A stretch of DNA of 64,000 nucleotides from Eledone cirrhosa. Taxonomy: Eukaryota. Below, piece after piece: positions 59,153 to 64,000 of this stretch (position 1 is the stretch's first letter; every line of letters starts with the position of its first letter). The DNA lies in contig OZ024742.1 in assembly GCA_964016885.1 (NCBI GenBank), positions 264,306,001 to 264,370,000 of the forward strand. Reading direction: 5' to 3'. The translations under genes and the position numbers were made by a program. Under the pieces are notes generated by a model. It saw nothing but the letters and a program-made list of their open reading frames with translations, searched no databases and was not told the DNA's origin.

Positions 59153-59495
59153 GTATCCTGATATGTGTATATGCATTTTTTCTTCTAACTTTAATTTTAT
59201 ACCTAATTGTGTATGGTTGGCGATATATTTAATCGATTTCCACGTGCTATTGAAATGATGGGTAAATATTCTATAGCTGTTGATCGCGAATAAATGGGTA
59301 TCGTTTATTTATCTATTATTTCTTCACAGGTGTCTTTTAATCTTATAGCCTGGTTTAATTGTTTTTTTGTGTGGTTGATTATGCTAATTGGGAGAGGAAA
59401 TTGAGTATATATATCTTATCAAATGATTCTAAGGACATAATTTCTAGTATATATATATGTGTGTGTGTGTGTGTATACATATACTTATATTTATT

Positions 59496-59707
<212 letters not shown>

Positions 59708-60002
59708 GTAGATACTTTAAATCGATTTGTTGACATGGAGGCCAACGGGAGTTATTGATTTAATTACCTCTGGAATTACTCTACAACTGCTAAGATCACG
59801 TGTGGAAATTAACCTTGGAGTGTATTATATTGATTCAATCATAGGACAGCAGTACCCACGTGGAAACGATCACGCGGGTAACTATAAGAAACAAGAATTC
59901 CAACAGTTTAACAAAGAGTTGGGATACAAATTTTGCTTCGCCTGGACCAGAATATTTTGGTTTCGGCCACCGAAAAAATTTGCCGACCAACGAAGGGGCC
60001 TA

Positions 60003-60056
<54 letters not shown>

Positions 60057-60060
<4 letters not shown>

Positions 60061-60510
60061 TATAAAGTAAAGCAAGTCCATAGAATTATTTGATAATATA
60101 TATACATCATTTCAACTCCCAATTAGCATAATTAACCACACAAAAATCAATTAGACCAGGCTATATGATTAAAAGGCACCTATGAAGAAACAGTAAATAA
60201 AGACACCATAGCAGCGTCTTCGCGGCCAACCGCTATAAAATATCCATCCAACATTTTAACAGCACGTGGAAATTAATTAAATATACGGTCAACCATACAC
60301 AATTAGGTATAAAATTAAAGTTAGAAACGCTTATATACATACCAAGATTAAATAACTATGGTGTCTTTATTTACTGTTTCTTCATAGGTGCCTTTTAATC
60401 TTATAGCCTGGTCTAATTGATTTTTGTGTGGTTAATTATGCTAATTGGGAGTTGAAATGATGTATATATATTATCAAATAATTCTATGGACTTGCTTTAC
60501 TTTATAGTAT
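60057..60510. mobile_element. Fold-back cassette of family H (arms 60057-60211 and 60356-60510)
   Basis: Near-perfect 155 bp IR; left arm plus spacer is a diverged reverse complement of 59160-59450. Confidence 0.85.
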
Positions 60511-60615
60511 TTTGCTCTGATTATTTAATTTATTAATTCTTCATTGAGCCACATCGCGAATGGTTGCCAAAACACATATATATCTGTGACTTTGTTTAAT
60601 TGGTGTATGTGTAAA

Positions 60616-60659
<44 letters not shown>

Positions 60660-60662
<3 letters not shown>

Positions 60663-60774
60663 CGAAGGAAATGTGGTAAGGAACTAGATGGACCATAACG
60701 CACCAAAGTACTCAATACTTAGGGTAGAATTATCGAAACGGCTTGAGCTCAGCCTTCGGGGTCCTACCCGTTCC

Positions 60775-60777
<3 letters not shown>
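60660..60777. mobile_element. 118 bp mini-derivative of the 9932-13170 PLE in (TA)n
   Basis: Same left end aacgaaggaaatg..ctcaatacttag and right end tcgaaacggcttgagc..gttcctat. Confidence 0.9.
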
Positions 60778-60805
<28 letters not shown>

Positions 60806-60925
60806 ATAAGAATATTTATATATGTTTGATATAACTATAAATATGTAGGGTAGTTCTCAGTACTAGCCGGTTACCGGTATGACAAAAGGCTCAATGCAAA
60901 TTTTCAAGTGTTTTACAGAGCCGAG

Positions 60926-62263
60926 ATACAAAGTGTTAAAACGGTCAAATTTTAGTTTAGAACATTTATTAGATGACAATTGTTTCTTCCAGAGTCAGGA
61001 GTTAAAAAGATGTTCTGCTTGAAAGAACACAATTACAGGCAGCACTGGTTGGAAGTGTAATAGGTATAAGTAAAAATCACAAGCCAAAAAAGACCACAAG
61101 CTAAAAAAGTATGCAAAAAAGTTATAAGCAAGGAAAATTGGTGTACAATGCATGAGTCAATACAGTCAATAAGGCATGTATGAGGAAAGAGTTATAATGC
61201 AGTTGCAATAAACATATTTTGTGTGGGGTGTTAACTATGTAAAAACTATCTAGTTATAATAAAGTTTAAATACAAGTTTAAAAGATAACAATTATATAAC
61301 CAATAATATTCTATATTTTATATACTCTATAAAGATTATTTTATATCACTACCACAATATTAAAACAACCCTTAATTTATCAACAACTTTAATTACCTCC
61401 CTTTGTTATTAACCCCCTTTACTTCCTGTGTAAACTTATAAAATTAAACAACATAATAGTTCACCAACAGCTTAATAACGGTTAATACAAACCCTAGAAA
61501 AAATAATTTGTAGATAAAAAATGCATAAAATAATATACCTAAAATAACAACATGGCCAGTAATTCGGCAGAATTTACATTTAACAGACAAACATCTATTG
61601 ACTATAAACGACTTAAAATAATCCAATGGTTAATAGCTGTGAGTAACAAACAACATACACACATACATACGAACTACAACACAAAAACACTTAAATGAAA
61701 ATCACATACCCAACTCTATCATGTGCTTTTCATTACACCTTACATAACAAATACCTACATTATCACCACATGCCACACTAACAAATTGCACACTATCTTA
61801 AACATTTATAACAATTATAATATGCTTTAACACCCCACACAAAATATGTTTATTTCAACTGCATTATAACTCTTTTCTCATACATGCCTTATTGACTATC
61901 TTGACTCATGCATTGTACACCAATTTTCCTTGCTTATAACTTTTTTGCATACTTTTTTAGCTTGTGGTTTTTTGTGGCTTGTGATTTTTTTGCTTGTGAT
62001 TTTTACTTATACCTATTACACTTCCAACCAGTGCTGCCTGTAATTGTGTTCTTTCAAGCAGAACATCTTTTTAACTCCTTACTCTCCACATGATGCCTTT
62101 GACACTAATAACAATTATGTACCCTAAATGTTCTAAATTACTGGTATTTTAGTTTCATGTTTCGACATTCCTTATGCTCCGATGATTCCAGCATTCCCTC
62201 TGGAAGAAACAATTGTCAGCTAATAAATGTTCTAAACTAAAATTTGATCGTTTTAACACTTTG

Positions 62264-62266
<3 letters not shown>
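60926..62266. mobile_element. Fold-back HHR cassette, family I (arms 60926-61234 and 61827-62266)
   Basis: Long IR; right arm ends in (TA)(TG)n. Confidence 0.85.
62176..62220 (+). ncRNA. Type I hammerhead, family I (U4C variant)
   Basis: gct-CCGATGA-TTCCAG-cattccct-CTGGAA-GAAAC-AATT-GTC-agc. Confidence 0.75.
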
Positions 62267-62324
<58 letters not shown>

Positions 62325-63794
62325 GTGCGTACATTCACCAGCATTCCAGGTCAGGAATCTTTGAATTAGATTTCTAACATTTTATGGAATCAAAGACCAG
62401 TGATGAATTGAATTCTATAATTCTACAAATGTATCGAGTTCTTATTTTCTCAGCGATAATATATTTGTGTATGTTTACTCTATTTTGTGTTTTCAAAATC
62501 CATGATGACATATATTTCATCGATTTGTCTTTGTTTAGTTTTTTTTGTAACCTTGAAGATGTCGTTTTACAATTAGGGAAAGTGAGTATTATTATGGGCG
62601 TGGATTTGCCAACATGAAAGCTGATTACGCTATTGTAACTATTCCTTGCTTATATCATTAATCATAGCCAGTATTAATTTTGTAGGTCTCTTACAAATTC
62701 AAATTAAATATGGTCGCTATTCCAGCTGTTGTTTCACAAACGAATAAATTTTATCGAGAATTATTACGTTAAGAATAATTTTGAATTATCTCTATTCTTC
62801 GCTGAGTCACATGTTTGTATCTGCTACGATATTCACTGGCAATTGCGCAACAAGCAGAGTTGATGATTGTAATAGATCAACCTTATTGCAAGTTAATAAA
62901 GTGACTATCAAAATCTGGCTTGTGGCCACACGTGGTATCATAGTTGCAATAGGCATGCGTATTCTAGAAGTATGTTCGTGTAGAAATCTCAGTTTTGAGA
63001 ATAAAATTACAATCAACAACTCCTCCCTTGCGTTCAGCAAATATTGCTTGCTTGCGCAATTGTGTTGTCTTAAAATAAGTTAGCTCTGTGTGAAATTTCT
63101 CCCCGTATAATTTTATTCCATTTACATAATCAAGAAAGGGATCCTTTTTGTCATTTTATAGCAATTTTATATGTCATTATTGAGTTAACACACAACTCCA
63201 AGAAAACGGCAATTTTGTATTTTATAGTTTTAATATATTTCTTAACAATAATTAAAACAATTCTGTTCATCTTTTTCCATGTTCAATTTCTTCGCTTCTT
63301 CATCGATGCTATTGATGTCAGCGTCTCCAGTTATATTGTTTCTAGTGAATAACTGCATAGCGAATTCAGTTTTTGGAAAAGTGCCTTTATGATCTTGAAT
63401 AAAGGTTTTATCTCAATGAATGGGATCAGAAGTTAACCGTCAATTTACAAAGACGGGCTGTTGTGGCATTAATGCTACCGATGATATTAACCGAAACTTC
63501 AATGAATAGTTTCCCCAAATCAAACATGCATTTGTTCACACCGGATAGTGTACGCATATATGTATGCGTCTATGTATGAGTGTGTTTATGTTGATGTATG
63601 TGAGTGTGTACGAATGTATGTATATACATCTGTGTGCATGTATGTGTCTTTATGAATGTATGTATTACGTATGTATGTCTATGTTTGTATGTTTGAATAT
63701 GTATGTGAGTGTAGCTATGTATGTTTATATGTATGTGTGTATCTATGCATGTGTGCGTATGAATACATGTATATATGTATTTGTATCTGTATCT

Positions 63795-64000
63795 AGATAT
63801 GTATGTATGTTCTTCTGGTTTTACAATTTTATAAATGTTTGCCAATAGAGAGTCAGTTTCTAACATAGATACAAGACTCTCTCATTGGAATTTACACAAC
63901 ATCAACTTGGTAGATATGTATGCATATCTGCATGCATGTATGTGCAGGTATGGATGTTGTATGTGTGGATGTGTATGTTTTTAGTTATATGTGTTCATGC
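63795..64000 (-). mobile_element. R4/Dong 3' UTR copy
   Basis: Closely matches 40352-40550. Confidence 0.8.

Noticed and set aside
62500-63480. Possible hAT transposase fossil (PRVATS resembling DVxTRW)
   Set aside because: Single weak motif and no TIRs identified

Overview
AT-rich, microsatellite-dense animal genomic DNA. It resembles a cephalopod/octopod genome, an inference from the SINE, LINE and microsatellite content. I recognise no host exon; most supplied ORFs are translated microsatellites or decayed transposons. The window holds Penelope-like elements (PLEs), RTE, R4/Dong, CRE and Vingi-type LINEs, a mariner and its MITE, non-autonomous Helitrons and tRNA-derived SINEs. The most striking signal is about a dozen complete or near-complete type I hammerhead ribozyme (HHR) motifs plus about ten partial ones, from at least 8 unrelated sequence families. 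Most sit in short non-coding fold-back cassettes in or next to (TA)n/(CA)n tracts. Wherever polarity can be read, both arms point their 3' ends outward. A 3.2 kb PLE and its 118 bp mini-derivative share this architecture and identical termini, suggesting a PLE-mobilised, microsatellite-targeting, twin-primed ribozyme retro-element system. All structures were folded and aligned by eye, and boundary coordinates are approximate.
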